A stretch of 48,453 nt of DNA from a virus (lineage: Duplodnaviria; Caudoviricetes): IMG/VR virus record IMGVR_UViG_3300028588_000033, positions 1 to 48,453 of that record. One strand, given 5' to 3'. Position 1 is the first letter of the stretch. The number at the start of each line of letters is the position of its first letter. A model generated the notes under the pieces. The model made no database searches. It was not told where the DNA came from and was given only the letters and a program-made list of their open reading frames with translations. This document shows, piece by piece, positions 17,873-28,447 of this stretch. Position numbers and translations under genes: made by a program.

Positions 17873-17906
17873 AAACTACTAGCCCCTCACACGGGCTTTT
17901 AGTTTT
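17873..17906 (+). terminator. Terminator, loop CTCACAC
   Basis: AAACTA..AGCCC-CTCACAC-GGGCT..TAGTTT. Confidence 0.8.
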
Positions 17907-17938
17907 GCTCGCTATATTCTCTTGAAAGGAGAAAACCG

Positions 17939-18109
17939 ATGGAGGAGCCTCCGGTATTCAATATCGCTAAAGAAGATGTCGAAGCTATGTCACCTCTCGA
18001 AGCGTGGAATAAAGCGTTAGAAGTAAGTGCTGAGCTGTCTGGTTGGAGCGCCTTCTGGGATGACGGACGTTCTACCGACAGCTTGATTGACAAACTTAAA
18101 TTCTCTTGA
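17939..18109 (+). CDS. 56-aa hypothetical protein flanked by 20-bp direct repeats
   Basis: TTCTCTTGAAAGGAGAAAAC at 17917 and 18101; stop TGA lies within second copy. Confidence 0.65.
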   Translation: MEEPPVFNIAKEDVEAMSPLEAWNKALEVSAELSGWSAFWDDGRSTDSLIDKLKFS

Positions 18110-18121
18110 AAGGAGAAAACA

Positions 18122-18250
18122 ATGGGAGATCGACCCAACCCTCTGATTGCGCACTACAAGAAAGAAATCTGGAAGCACGTTGACGCTGGCGACATGGTCG
18201 GAGCTGACTTCTGTCTTCGGCGTCTTGGACAGCTCCAAGGCCTTATCTAA
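18122..18250 (+). CDS. 42-aa hypothetical protein
   Basis: After RBS motif at 18101. Confidence 0.55.
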   Translation: MGDRPNPLIAHYKKEIWKHVDAGDMVGADFCLRRLGQLQGLI

Positions 18251-18285
18251 CTAACCACGCACTACCATATTCAAGGAGAACTCTG

Positions 18286-18432
18286 ATGGCACGCAAGACC
18301 ACCGTTAACTACAACTACAACACCCGCAATGGCGTCGGCTTCTGGCGCTTGATGTTCCACCTGTTCATGACTCTCATCACCGGAGGACTGTGGCTGGTCG
18401 GACTCGCTATTTACTTCTTCCTCAAGCGTTGA
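18286..18432 (+). CDS. 48-aa membrane protein
   Basis: AAGGAG RBS; HLFMTLITGGLWLVGLAIYFF. Confidence 0.65.
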   Translation: MARKTTVNYNYNTRNGVGFWRLMFHLFMTLITGGLWLVGLAIYFFLKR

Positions 18433-18575
18433 GCTGTGGGACACAGTAAAGCGAAGCTGAGAGAGCTTATCAATGAAGCCACCCAGCTGGGGTTTCATGA
18501 TGAGGCAGTACGTCTGACAAAACGGCTTCACCGAGTGCAGCATCCCCCAAAACGACACAAGAAAGAGGCCAGTAA

Positions 18576-19229
18576 GTGAGTGACCCAACACCCGTTCAGG
18601 GTAGCTACCCTACAAATAGCAATAGAGCCAGGGTGGAAAAAATCGCGGAGGTAAAATCCGAGAGACCAATCCTGAAGCCCCTTACCGAGAGCACTGGCGT
18701 CAAGCGCAAGAAACCCCTCGGCTCCAGGCTTGCGGAGACGTTCATTGGCGAGGAGCCTCAGAGCGTCGCTGCGTATATTGGTACCGAGGTGATCATGCCT
18801 GCAATCAAGAACACGGTTGTGGACATGGTCAGCCAGGGCATTGAGCGACTCATTTTCGGAGACGTCAAGGGTCGCATCCGCCCCGGTAGCAGCAGTCCGT
18901 CCAATCGGTCGTTCACCAACTACAACGGTATCAGCAAGCAGCAGACGACCTCGGGACGCACCATGAACGCCCGGGAGCGGGCTACGCACGACTTCGATGA
19001 TATTGTGCTACCCACTCGTCCCGAGGTTGAGACGGTCATCAACGCGCTGGCGGACATGATCGACAACTTCGAGACGGCTACCGTTGCCGATCTGTATTCT
19101 GCGGTCAACATCACTCCGGCTTTCACGGATAACAAGTGGGGTTGGGATACCATGCAGGGTGCTAAGGCGATTGCTGTCCGTGGTGGGGGTTACATGTTCG
19201 ACCTCCCCAAGCCCATTCCGCTCGACTAG
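18576..19229 (+). CDS. Conserved phage protein
   Basis: 217 aa; ATVADLY..TDNKWGW motif; codon bias. Confidence 0.75.
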   Translation: MSDPTPVQGSYPTNSNRARVEKIAEVKSERPILKPLTESTGVKRKKPLGSRLAETFIGEEPQSVAAYIGTEVIMPAIKNTVVDMVSQGIERLIFGDVKGRIRPGSSSPSNRSFTNYNGISKQQTTSGRTMNARERATHDFDDIVLPTRPEVETVINALADMIDNFETATVADLYSAVNITPAFTDNKWGWDTMQGAKAIAVRGGGYMFDLPKPIPLD

Positions 19230-19237
19230 GAGATATC

Positions 19238-19528
19238 GTGACAAAGAGTGTTGTGGGTGCCACGCCCAGTAAGGTCGGTCGACTGGTCACCATCCAGGTC
19301 TTCAAGCGAAATGAGCAAGATTCGCATCTCTTGGATAACAAGATCTACCTCACGGCTGTTGGTATCCTCGAGGCATATTCCGAGCGAACTGAAGAGCAGT
19401 TCAGCTTTGTTATGCGTGGATTTGGTGTCACGACGTACAGCCTCAATCAGTGGTATATCGAGATGTACGACCAGGAGGAACTGGACGAGATGAAGAAGAC
19501 GTTTACCGAGAGTGGATCAAAGCCGTGA
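19238..19528 (+). CDS. Hypothetical protein
   Basis: AGGAG RBS, GTG start. Confidence 0.65.
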   Translation: MTKSVVGATPSKVGRLVTIQVFKRNEQDSHLLDNKIYLTAVGILEAYSERTEEQFSFVMRGFGVTTYSLNQWYIEMYDQEELDEMKKTFTESGSKP

Positions 19529-19672
19529 CCAACCACGACCAGATCGGCTATATCTCGGACAAGACCGGACTCCAGCAAGAAACCGTCAAGGATCTGCTGG
19601 AGTCCGGTTGGACTTTCTGCGACGAGGTTAAGAAGCCTCGTTACTGGATCGACCCGTCAGCAAAGTTGAAGC

Positions 19673-20053
19673 ATGGCTAGTGTGGAAAACCCCGTTAACG
19701 TTGTGATATCTAGCAACTTTCCGCGGGTATTTCATCCCAAAGGTCCATTTAACCGCAAGGACATGAAACTTCCTGAGTTTTCTCACGACGATTTTCTCCA
19801 CAAGGTCATCATTGATGCACTTGAGCAGGAACGGAATGAGATCGAGGAGTGGCTTCAGCGACTAATGAAGCACTTGGGCATGACCCAAGACGAGTTCGTC
19901 GCAATGTTTTATCTTGAGTCGGAAACGAAGGAGGTTGATCTGAATTCGCATTTCCTGACCGAAAGTAATGAGATTCGTTTCAGCAGCCAGACTACGTACA
20001 CCCTCAAGAGGAGAACTGATGTCAGTGGAACAGATGAAGGCCAAGATCGCTAG
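19673..20053 (+). CDS. Hypothetical protein
   Basis: ORF track, overlapping operon arrangement. Confidence 0.6.
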   Translation: MASVENPVNVVISSNFPRVFHPKGPFNRKDMKLPEFSHDDFLHKVIIDALEQERNEIEEWLQRLMKHLGMTQDEFVAMFYLESETKEVDLNSHFLTESNEIRFSSQTTYTLKRRTDVSGTDEGQDR

Positions 20054-20171
20054 CTCTTACGGCGCTAGTTTCATGATCAAACTCAACCAAATGCGAGATG
20101 CACAAATCGCAGCAATGTACCAGCGGATGCTTTCTGCTGGCAAATTCAGCAACTAATAGGAGAAAAATACG

Positions 20172-21077
20172 ATGAGTATCGTAAGCACTGCGTCCCGGCT
20201 TTCTGGCCGCGGACTTCTGATCGCCAAGAAGTACAGCCCTGAGATCCTCACGGGCGCCGGTATTCTGGGGCTCCTTGCCTCTGGTGTCCTGGCTTCCCGG
20301 GCAACCCTCAAGCTCGACGAGACCCTGCTTAGGGCCGAGGATCGTGTCGAACTCAACCGGGAACTCAAGCGCATCTCTGACGAGAGCGAGCAGGACGAGA
20401 ACTCGATCAGCGAGCACGACCACAAGCGTGCCATGACGAAGGTCTACTTCGAGAACACTGCCGACATGGTCAAGCTGTACGGCCCGTCCGTCACGCTTGC
20501 TGTGGCGAGCACCATCTCGATCCTGGGTGGGCAGCACATCATCCGTCAGCGCAACGTGGCCCTTGTGGCTGCGTACAAGACCCTCGAGTCGTCGTTCGCG
20601 AAGTACCGCGAGCGTGTCGTGGAAGAGCTGGGTCTCGACAAGGACTTCGCATTCGCCAACGGCATCCGTGAGGTCGAGGTCCTGAACGAAGAGACCGGCA
20701 AGACGGAGACCGTCCACGAGTGGGATGAGTACGGCATTTCCCCGTACGCCAAGATCTTCGAGCGAGGCAACCCCAACTGGCAGGGTGCTGGACCGGACTT
20801 CAACATGGCCTACCTCAAGGGCATCCAGAACCAGTTCAATGACAAGCTCCGCATGCGCGGACACGTCTACCTGAACGAGGTCTACTCGGCTCTCGGGTTC
20901 GAGCACACCAAGGAGGGTGCCATCATCGGTTGGGTCACCGGCGGTGAGGGTGATGACTACATCGACTTCGGCATTTCCGAGGAGCACCTCAAGCGAGCAC
21001 ACAAGCTCCTTGACGGATCGCCCAACACCTTCCTCCTCGACTTCAACGTCGATGGCGTGATGTGGGACAAGATCTAA
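20172..21077 (+). CDS. DUF6353-like phage protein (paralogue 2)
   Basis: KYSPEILTGAG, F.KYRERVVE, GHVYLNEVY, G.IIGW, LDFNVDG. Confidence 0.8.
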   Translation: MSIVSTASRLSGRGLLIAKKYSPEILTGAGILGLLASGVLASRATLKLDETLLRAEDRVELNRELKRISDESEQDENSISEHDHKRAMTKVYFENTADMVKLYGPSVTLAVASTISILGGQHIIRQRNVALVAAYKTLESSFAKYRERVVEELGLDKDFAFANGIREVEVLNEETGKTETVHEWDEYGISPYAKIFERGNPNWQGAGPDFNMAYLKGIQNQFNDKLRMRGHVYLNEVYSALGFEHTKEGAIIGWVTGGEGDDYIDFGISEEHLKRAHKLLDGSPNTFLLDFNVDGVMWDKI

Positions 21078-21126
21078 CCATAATCCAGTAGTTTCATATC
21101 TGCATTACCTAAATAGGAGAGAACTG

Positions 21127-21981
21127 ATGACTGACGGAAAGAAGTACGACCCCGAGTCGATGGATATTTCAAGCATGTATCCTGAAGAAAGCGATCGGAT
21201 TTCACTTAAGAAGATGGCAATCATCCATGGTGCGGATCTTGATGATTCAAAACTCGGTGACGCTTTTGATATCAACTCAACATATTCGGCGAACGCTAGA
21301 GAAATCATGGACGCTGACTACGCTGCCGAGCGATTTGAGCGGGAGTATTTCGAAGAGATTGATGGTGACGACACGGTTTCGAGAGCAGCGGGTGACGCAC
21401 GGATTGACGCCTTCGTACGTGAGGAGCTGATTCGTGAAGATCTTTCTGAGGACGAAACGGTTCTGATGGGTGTCGGCGACGAATCACTCTTGGACTTCAT
21501 CCGTAAGGCAACAGGACTCGATCCGAACGTGGATCCCAGCGACTACTGGGCCAAACAGCAGTATGCGGACATGGAATTCTCAACCCCTGAGGAGCGCAAG
21601 AAGATGGATATCCCGAAGCCCAAGCCCCCGGTCAAGCGACCCGAGGAGACCGTTCAGAAGCGTGAGAACCGTGGAAAGCGTTCTCGACCGGCGAGCAAGA
21701 AGCCTGCCCCGAAGGTCCTGACTCAGGACGAAAAGGACAACAAGGCGTTCGACTCGAACCCGGACCACCAGTGGATCATCGATGCCTTTGTGTTTGGCGG
21801 CAGCATGTACTGCAAGTGCGGTAACGCTCCCGTCAATTCGCAAGAGGATGTTAATAACCACATCCGTGAGGTGGCTCGGCCCAAGAAGGCGTTTGAGCTT
21901 CGGGACCATCTGACTGAGCGTCCGCTTCAGCAGCACGAGGGCCTCAAGGCACTGGCGGAACAGCTCCGCAAGCAGTCTTAG
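21127..21981 (+). CDS. Hypothetical protein, acidic N-terminus and C-terminal CxC..H (possible Zn site)
   Basis: AGGAG RBS; MYCKCG..NNHI. Confidence 0.7.
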   Translation: MTDGKKYDPESMDISSMYPEESDRISLKKMAIIHGADLDDSKLGDAFDINSTYSANAREIMDADYAAERFEREYFEEIDGDDTVSRAAGDARIDAFVREELIREDLSEDETVLMGVGDESLLDFIRKATGLDPNVDPSDYWAKQQYADMEFSTPEERKKMDIPKPKPPVKRPEETVQKRENRGKRSRPASKKPAPKVLTQDEKDNKAFDSNPDHQWIIDAFVFGGSMYCKCGNAPVNSQEDVNNHIREVARPKKAFELRDHLTERPLQQHEGLKALAEQLRKQS

Positions 21982-21991
21982 CAGTCACCAC

Positions 21992-22028
21992 GGGGCCAGA
22001 CCACAGACATATTGCGTGGTCTGGCCCC
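21992..22028. terminator. 13-bp perfect stem-loop
   Basis: GGGGCCAGACCAC/GTGGTCTGGCCCC, loop contains CATATT; weak T tract. Confidence 0.6.
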
Positions 22029-22056
22029 TCTAAAACGTTACAGGAGATAAAGTTAG

Positions 22057-22896
22057 ATGAATAAACTACTGATTGAGCGTATTGCTCTAGTGACTGGTGG
22101 CCTGGCTATCGGTTCTGGAGCGACATATCTGCTCACAAGCAGGCGCCTCGAGGCCAAGTACCGTGCTCTGGCTGAGGAGGAGATCGCTAAGACCAAGTCG
22201 TTCCTCAATATTCAGGCAAAGGGTGAGAGCCCCGAGTCATATCTTGCCAACTACCAGGAGACTCTGGGGCGTATGGGATATGGCGGAACGATTGTTGACG
22301 ACGACAACGTCGCTGACACGATTGCTCGAGGTCGTGCTCGTATGGAGAAGATGCTCGCCGAGGGCACCGTCTCTGAGCAGGACCTGATCGATGCCGCACG
22401 AGAAGAGGAAGAGCGACAGAAGGGTAACGATATCGATGCTGACGATGAAGAGCTGGTACCGGCTACGCCCGAGGAACTCGCCGAGGCAAACGACTCCGTC
22501 ACTCTCGTCCTTCCGCCCCAGGAAGCTCAGGTAGTCACCAACGTATTCGTAGAGGCCGACCGGACGCCTGAAGGTGTTGTGCCGCTTCCCGAGCCGTTGA
22601 TGGATGAGCCATATCTGATCAGCTACGACATGTTCTTCGAGGACGAGCCGCCGACCCAGGACTTCTCTCGGATCACGGTAACCTACTACGAGGGTGACAA
22701 GGTTCTTACGGACGACCAGGAACAGCCCATTGACGACGTGGTTCGCGCCGTGGGTAGTGAGTTCCAGTACCTCTTCGGACAGCACTCCAATGACGAGAAC
22801 ATGGTCTATATCGTCAACCCCATCCAGCAGGTGAAGTACGAGATCGTTCGCGATCCGCTCAAGTACTCCGTGGTAGTCCTGGGACTGAATGATTGA
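22057..22896 (+). CDS. Conserved phage protein with N-terminal TM anchor
   Basis: GGLAIGSGATYLL; PYLIS, TYYEGD.VL.D, FG..S.DENMVYI.N. Confidence 0.75.
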   Translation: MNKLLIERIALVTGGLAIGSGATYLLTSRRLEAKYRALAEEEIAKTKSFLNIQAKGESPESYLANYQETLGRMGYGGTIVDDDNVADTIARGRARMEKMLAEGTVSEQDLIDAAREEEERQKGNDIDADDEELVPATPEELAEANDSVTLVLPPQEAQVVTNVFVEADRTPEGVVPLPEPLMDEPYLISYDMFFEDEPPTQDFSRITVTYYEGDKVLTDDQEQPIDDVVRAVGSEFQYLFGQHSNDENMVYIVNPIQQVKYEIVRDPLKYSVVVLGLND

Positions 22897-23453
22897 TCCA
22901 GTCAGCGTCAGTTGACGAGGACTACTTCGATTGGCTGTATGGTCTTGTTTGGCCAACACGCGTAAAGAATCCAGCAAGGTCTAACCGCCTTCTGGCCGAG
23001 CAGCTCCACACCAAACCGTTCCGGTGGTTTATCCATAATGATGACAACCGGGGTCTTGATGGTGTGGAGCTGCGTAGCGAGTTCCTGAGCGTATATCCTA
23101 ACGTCCGTCCTACACAGGAATGGATGGATTTGGATTGCTCAATTCTCGAAATGCTAATTGCTCTTGCAAGACGTACCGCCTACGAATCCTCGGGCACCAC
23201 GGATGAATGGGCTGCACAGTTATTAGACAATCTCGGCATCCGTCGCTTCACTGATGATACATATCACGAGGGCATTCGGCAAGAGGTTGACGAAGTACTA
23301 GAGCAGCTTTTGAACAGAACATATTCACCGGATGGCGTTGGGGGCCTGTTCCCTCTGCGCTACGCCGATCTAGACCAAAGAAGAGTAGAACTGTGGCATC
23401 AAATGTCAACGTATGTCCTCGAGGGCGACGCGGTGGCAAACGGACCATATTGA
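22893..23453 (+). CDS. Conserved phage protein upstream of polymerase
   Basis: YFDWL, DNRG.DG..LR, CSILEMLIAL, GGLFP, ELW.QM motifs. Confidence 0.75.
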   Translation: MIQSASVDEDYFDWLYGLVWPTRVKNPARSNRLLAEQLHTKPFRWFIHNDDNRGLDGVELRSEFLSVYPNVRPTQEWMDLDCSILEMLIALARRTAYESSGTTDEWAAQLLDNLGIRRFTDDTYHEGIRQEVDEVLEQLLNRTYSPDGVGGLFPLRYADLDQRRVELWHQMSTYVLEGDAVANGPY

Positions 23454-23472
23454 GTTGCGGAAAGGAGGTTAA

Positions 23473-26400
23473 GTGGATTTCTATCGAATTGTAGAGAAGC
23501 AAACACAGACGAAAGAAAAAGTCGACGTCATCGAGCTATATCCTGACTTCAAAGTCGCAAGATCTAAGGATCTGATGATTCGAAGCAAGCAGTTCTATGC
23601 TGTTTGGGATGAAAAGTTGGGGCTCTGGTCTACGGACGAATATGACGTGCAGCGACTTGTCGATGAAGATCTTTGGGCGTACAAAGAGAAAGTCGAGAAG
23701 CGCAATGAGGGTGCCAAGGTTCGTGTCAAACCCATGGGCAATTACAGCTCGGGTGTGTGGCGCGAATTTCGGAACTACATGACGCATATGTCTGACTCGT
23801 CGCACGAACTGGACGAGAACTTGACCTTCAGCAACTCAGAGGTTAAGAAGACAGATTACGTCAGCAAGCGACTTCCATATCCTCTGGCTGAGGGGGAGCA
23901 CCTGGCTTGGGATGAGATCATATCTACGCTCTACAATCCAGAAGAGCGGGCTAAGATCGAATGGGCCATCGGCGCTATTGTTTCTGGGGACTCTAAGACG
24001 ATCCAGAAGTTCCTGGTGCTGTATGGCCCTCCTGGGTCCGGTAAGGGCACCATCATCAACATCATTCTCGCGCTGTTTACGGGATATTTCGCAACCTTCG
24101 AAGCTAAGGCTCTGGGTCAAGCGAATAGTGCGTTCTCGCTGGAGGCTTTCCGCAACAACCCCTTGGTTGCGGTCCAGCACGATGGTGACTTGTCCAAGAT
24201 TGACGATAACACCCGTCTTAACTCGGTCACGTCCCACGAGCAGATGCAGATTAATGAGAAGTTCAAGTCTGCCTACGATATTACGATCAACGCCTTCTGT
24301 ATTCTGGGAACTAACAAGCCAGTTAAGATCTCAGATGCAAAGTCGGGTATCATTCGAAGGTTGATCGATGTCCAGCCGTCAGGCCGGAAGATCAGCGCTC
24401 GACGATATCAGGCACTCATGTCACAGATCGATTTTGAGCTGGGCGCTATTGCTGCGTACTGCCTTGAAGTATATCGTGAGATGGGTAAGGACTTCTATGA
24501 GCACTACCGTCCTGTAGAAATGATGCTGCAGACGGACGTGTTCTACAACTTCATCGAGGACTACTACGACGTATTCTCCACCCAAGACGGTGTCACCCTC
24601 GTCCAGGCGTATGATCTGTACAAGGAATACTGCAAGGAGACCAACGTCGACTGGGTCCTTCCTCGACACAAGTTCCGTGAAGAGCTTTCAAACTACTTCG
24701 AGAACTTCGAGGAGCGCACTGTTGTCGATGACGTCCGTGTCCGTAGCTGGTATTCGGGCTTCAGAAAAGACAAGTTTAAGGTGCAGATTGAAGATGAGCC
24801 CGTGTTCTCGCTAGTGTTGGATGAGACCAAGTCTATATTCGACAGCGAGTTCGCGAACATGCCTGCGCAATACTCAACGGCCGCCGGTACGCCTAAGCTG
24901 TATTGGACGGACGAAGAGCGTGTTGACAAAAATGGGAAGAAGTTTACACCGAAGCCCAATCAGGTCGTCAGCACTATTCTCACAGAGATTGATACGTCCA
25001 AAGAGCACTACGTCAAGGTCCCTGAAAACCATGTCGTGATCGACTTCGACATTACGGGTGAAGATGGAAAGAAATCAGCAGAACTCAACCTCGAGGCAGC
25101 CAGTCAGTGGCCAGTCACCTATGCCGAGTTCAGTAAATCCGGTGCAGGTATCCATCTCCACTACAATTACACCGGGGACGTATCAGAGCTTGGAAGAGAC
25201 TTCGCTCCGGGCATTGAGGTCAAGGTGTTTACCGGGAACCTGGCCCTGCGAAGAAAGCTGTCAAAAGCTAATAACGTGCCGGTTGCAACACTGAATAGTG
25301 GGCTGCCGCTAAAGGAGAAAAAAGAATTGATGAATGAACAGAACGTCAAGAGTGAGGTGGGACTCCGATCACTTATTCAGCGAAATCTGAACAAGGAGAT
25401 CCATCCGGGTACTAAGTCGAGCGTGGACTTCATCAAGAAGATCCTCGATGACGCTTATGACTCGGGCCTCAAGTATGACGTGACGGATATGCGAAATGCG
25501 ATCATCGCCTTCGCGAACAGCAGTTCCAACCAGTCACTTGCCGCACTTATGACCGTTCAGCAAATGCGATTTACGTCGCCGGTTGAGCGCAATGAGGAAG
25601 CAGACCCGCCGGAGATTCCGGTAGAGGAGCCACTGGTGTTCTTTGACGTTGAGGTGTTCCCTAACCTCTTCGTTATTTGCTGGAAGTTCGAAGATGCTGA
25701 GACTACGGTACGGATGATCAACCCGTCTCGTGTCAAGGTCGAAGAGCTTCTCCGTCATAAGCTGGTTGGCTTCAACAACCGCCGGTATGACAACCATATC
25801 CTGTATGGTGCGTATCAGGGAATGAGCGTGGCAGATCTCTACAAGCTCAGCCAGAAGCTCATCGAGGGCGTTCCGAACGCGTCGTTCCCGTCTGCCTACG
25901 AGCTTTCGTATGCGGATATTTACGACTACACCTCGCTCAAGCAGAGCCTGAAGAAGTACGAGATCGACCTTAACATCCCTCACAAGGAGCTTGGCCTCCC
26001 CTGGGAGGAGCCAGTCCCTGAGGAAATGTGGGAGCAGGTTGTCGACTACTGTGTGAACGATGTCGAGGCGACTGAGGCAACTCACAAGTCTCGTAAGCAG
26101 GACTTCATCGCTCGCCAGGTGCTTGCGGACCTTTCGGGACTGCCGGTCAACTCGACCACGCAGAACCACGCGTCCAAGATCATTTTCGAGGGCAACCGTG
26201 CGCCGCAGGATCAGTTCGTCTACACTGACCTGTCTAAGCAGTTTGTCGGCTACACCTTCGACCCGATGGTCAAGAAGGGGAAGAGTCAGTACCGTGGCGA
26301 GGACCCCAGTGAGGGTGGTTACGTCTACGCTGAGCCGGGTATGTACACAAACGTTGCGGTGTTGGATATTGCGTCTATGCACCCGACGACCATTGAGGTG

Positions 26401-27360
26401 CTCAACCTCTTTGGCACGAAGTACACAAAGAACTACTCGGATATCAAGACTGCTCGACTGGCAATCAAGCACAACAACTACGAGCTGGCCAAGACGCTCC
26501 TTGACGGAAAGCTCGCCAAGTATCTCACGGACGAGAACGATTCCGAGGCGCTTTCTTATGCGCTGAAGATTGTGATCAACATCGTGTATGGTCTGACTGC
26601 AGCTACATTCCCGAATACGTTCCGGGATCCGCGTAACAAGGACAATATCGTCGCCAAGCGCGGTGCTCTGTTCATGATCGACCTGAAGAACGCTGTTCAG
26701 GAGGCCGGTTACAAGGTTATTCACATCAAGACTGACTCCATCAAGATCGCAGACGCTGATCAGGAGGCTATCGACTTCGTGATGAACTTCGGTAACGACT
26801 ACGGCTACACGTTCGAGCACGAGTCCACCTACGACAAGATGACGCTCGTTAACGACGCCGTCTACATCGCCAAGGTGCGTGCTGGACGCAAGCCCGCTCA
26901 CTGGGAGGCCGTTGGCGCTCAGTTCCAGCAGCCGTACGTCTTCAAGCACCTGTTCAGCAAGGAAGCTATTTCTTTCCGTGATCGGTGTGAGCCCAAGTTC
27001 GTGCAGAAGGGTACCATGTATCTCGACTTCTCGAATGTGGACGACGCGATGGTGTTCTACGAGGAGAAGCGACACTTTGTTGGTAAGGCCGGGCTCTTCT
27101 GCCCGATCAAGCCTGAAAACGGTGGCGGCAATCTTGTTCGTGCCCAGGACGACAAGGATTACAAGGTTCCTGGAACTTCTGGATTCGGTTGGCTCGAGGC
27201 AGATATTGTCTTGGCCAACGACAAGGAAGACCTGATTGACATGGAGTACTTCGAGAAGCTCGTCGATGCTGCTGTCAACAACATTTCTCAGTATGGCGAC
27301 TTCGACTGGTTTATTTCTGACAGTATGGAGCGTCCTTCAGAAATGGCTCTGGCGGCATGA
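23473..27360 (+). CDS. Fused SF3 helicase - AEP primase - 3'-5' exonuclease - family B DNA polymerase
   Basis: Walker [10 protein letters not shown]; VIDFDI and [11 protein letters not shown]; [21 protein letters not shown]; [22 protein letters not shown]. Confidence 0.9.
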   Translation: MDFYRIVEKQTQTKEKVDVIELYPDFKVARSKDLMIRSKQFYAVWDEKLGLWSTDEYDVQRLVDEDLWAYKEKVEKRNEGAKVRVKPMGNYSSGVWREFRNYMTHMSDSSHELDENLTFSNSEVKKTDYVSKRLPYPLAEGEHLAWDEIISTLYNPEERAKIEWAIGAIVSGDSKTIQKFLVLYGPPGSGKGTIINIILALFTGYFATFEAKALGQANSAFSLEAFRNNPLVAVQHDGDLSKIDDNTRLNSVTSHEQMQINEKFKSAYDITINAFCILGTNKPVKISDAKSGIIRRLIDVQPSGRKISARRYQALMSQIDFELGAIAAYCLEVYREMGKDFYEHYRPVEMMLQTDVFYNFIEDYYDVFSTQDGVTLVQAYDLYKEYCKETNVDWVLPRHKFREELSNYFENFEERTVVDDVRVRSWYSGFRKDKFKVQIEDEPVFSLVLDETKSIFDSEFANMPAQYSTAAGTPKLYWTDEERVDKNGKKFTPKPNQVVSTILTEIDTSKEHYVKVPENHVVIDFDITGEDGKKSAELNLEAASQWPVTYAEFSKSGAGIHLHYNYTGDVSELGRDFAPGIEVKVFTGNLALRRKLSKANNVPVATLNSGLPLKEKKELMNEQNVKSEVGLRSLIQRNLNKEIHPGTKSSVDFIKKILDDAYDSGLKYDVTDMRNAIIAFANSSSNQSLAALMTVQQMRFTSPVERNEEADPPEIPVEEPLVFFDVEVFPNLFVICWKFEDAETTVRMINPSRVKVEELLRHKLVGFNNRRYDNHILYGAYQGMSVADLYKLSQKLIEGVPNASFPSAYELSYADIYDYTSLKQSLKKYEIDLNIPHKELGLPWEEPVPEEMWEQVVDYCVNDVEATEATHKSRKQDFIARQVLADLSGLPVNSTTQNHASKIIFEGNRAPQDQFVYTDLSKQFVGYTFDPMVKKGKSQYRGEDPSEGGYVYAEPGMYTNVAVLDIASMHPTTIEVLNLFGTKYTKNYSDIKTARLAIKHNNYELAKTLLDGKLAKYLTDENDSEALSYALKIVINIVYGLTAATFPNTFRDPRNKDNIVAKRGALFMIDLKNAVQEAGYKVIHIKTDSIKIADADQEAIDFVMNFGNDYGYTFEHESTYDKMTLVNDAVYIAKVRAGRKPAHWEAVGAQFQQPYVFKHLFSKEAISFRDRCEPKFVQKGTMYLDFSNVDDAMVFYEEKRHFVGKAGLFCPIKPENGGGNLVRAQDDKDYKVPGTSGFGWLEADIVLANDKEDLIDMEYFEKLVDAAVNNISQYGDFDWFISDSMERPSEMALAA

Positions 27361-27746
27361 CCAAGCGTATTCTGATCACGGGTTCTCGGGATTGGGATGA
27401 TGTTGATGTCATATTCCGCGCACTACTAGATGCAACAACTCGTGTGGCTGGGACACTCAACTTTGATCAGATTGTTCTGGTCTCTGGTGAGTGTCCCACC
27501 GGGGCTGACTATATTGCGGAACGAATCTGGGAAGACAACTTCGGTAGTACGGTTGAGCGTCACCCCGCCGATTGGGCGAACTATGGCAAGGCTGCGGGCT
27601 ACCGTCGGAACGCTGAGATGGTAGCCCTGGGTGCTGATATTTGTCTGGCATTCATCAAAGATAATAGCAAAGGCGCCCGTCACACTGCCGACTTGGCGGA
27701 AAAGGCTGGCATTGAGACTAGGAGATACCAAGTTGGAAGAGTGTGA
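27357..27746 (+). CDS. SLOG / DUF2493 (YspA-like) protein
   Basis: [39 protein letters not shown]. Confidence 0.85.
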   Translation: MTKRILITGSRDWDDVDVIFRALLDATTRVAGTLNFDQIVLVSGECPTGADYIAERIWEDNFGSTVERHPADWANYGKAAGYRRNAEMVALGADICLAFIKDNSKGARHTADLAEKAGIETRRYQVGRV

Positions 27747-27885
27747 AGGTTTATTTGATCTACCACTGGAGCCTCGTGGTCGCTGCGATGCTTGTGGGGT
27801 GACTCTCGAAGAGCACAGCTGGTATGGATCGTTGAAGAACGATATGGTTCGCAACCGGTAAGATATTCAATCCTAAGGAGTAACT

Positions 27886-28116
27886 ATGAGTGACGTCATG
27901 GAGAAGGTCGACGAGAAGATCGCCGTCACCAACGACGGAGACCATGATCGGTTTCAGCATTATTTCAGTAAGAAGTCGATCAGCGACAACCTTTTCGAGG
28001 GCAAGCCCATGACGGCACTCTGCGGGAAGGTTGTGAAGAGTCAGGTCGATCCGGCTGGACGGACTATTTGTGATACCTGTAAAGAGGTACTTGACAAAAT
28101 GTTCGGCCCTGAGTAA
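27886..28116 (+). CDS. DUF3039-like Zn-binding protein
   Basis: GDHDRFQHY..G.P.TALCGKV..DP..IC..CKE. Confidence 0.75.
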   Translation: MSDVMEKVDEKIAVTNDGDHDRFQHYFSKKSISDNLFEGKPMTALCGKVVKSQVDPAGRTICDTCKEVLDKMFGPE

Positions 28117-28126
28117 GGAGAAAAGC

Positions 28127-28447
28127 ATGACAGACGGAATCAACGTACCGCCATATCTGAAAGATCCTCACCCGACTTCTCAGATTCCCGTAGTATCAGT
28201 CAGACTGGGATTTGTTGGTAATGGCGAGCTTCTTGGCACGGCTCAGCTTAAAGATGATGGGTCTTTGATCATCAAGATCGACGCAAACAACAAAGGTCTA
28301 ATGAATACTCATAAGATTCTTGAAGCTATTCAGGGTGAAATCTTTGAGGTTGTCTTTGCTGCGCGAGCTGGCATACCACTCATCAACAACGAACTCCCTA
28401 CCGATATTCGGGAAGAGATCTACGCAACGGATGAGCCGACCGGATGA
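28127..28447 (+). CDS. Hypothetical protein
   Basis: AAGGAG RBS before ATG 28127. Confidence 0.65.
   Translation: MTDGINVPPYLKDPHPTSQIPVVSVRLGFVGNGELLGTAQLKDDGSLIIKIDANNKGLMNTHKILEAIQGEIFEVVFAARAGIPLINNELPTDIREEIYATDEPTG

Noticed and set aside
8964-18432. Dedicated integrase, recombinase or reverse transcriptase for the cassettes
   Set aside because: No tyrosine/serine recombinase or RT motifs recognised anywhere in the window, so cassette mobility remains a hypothesis.
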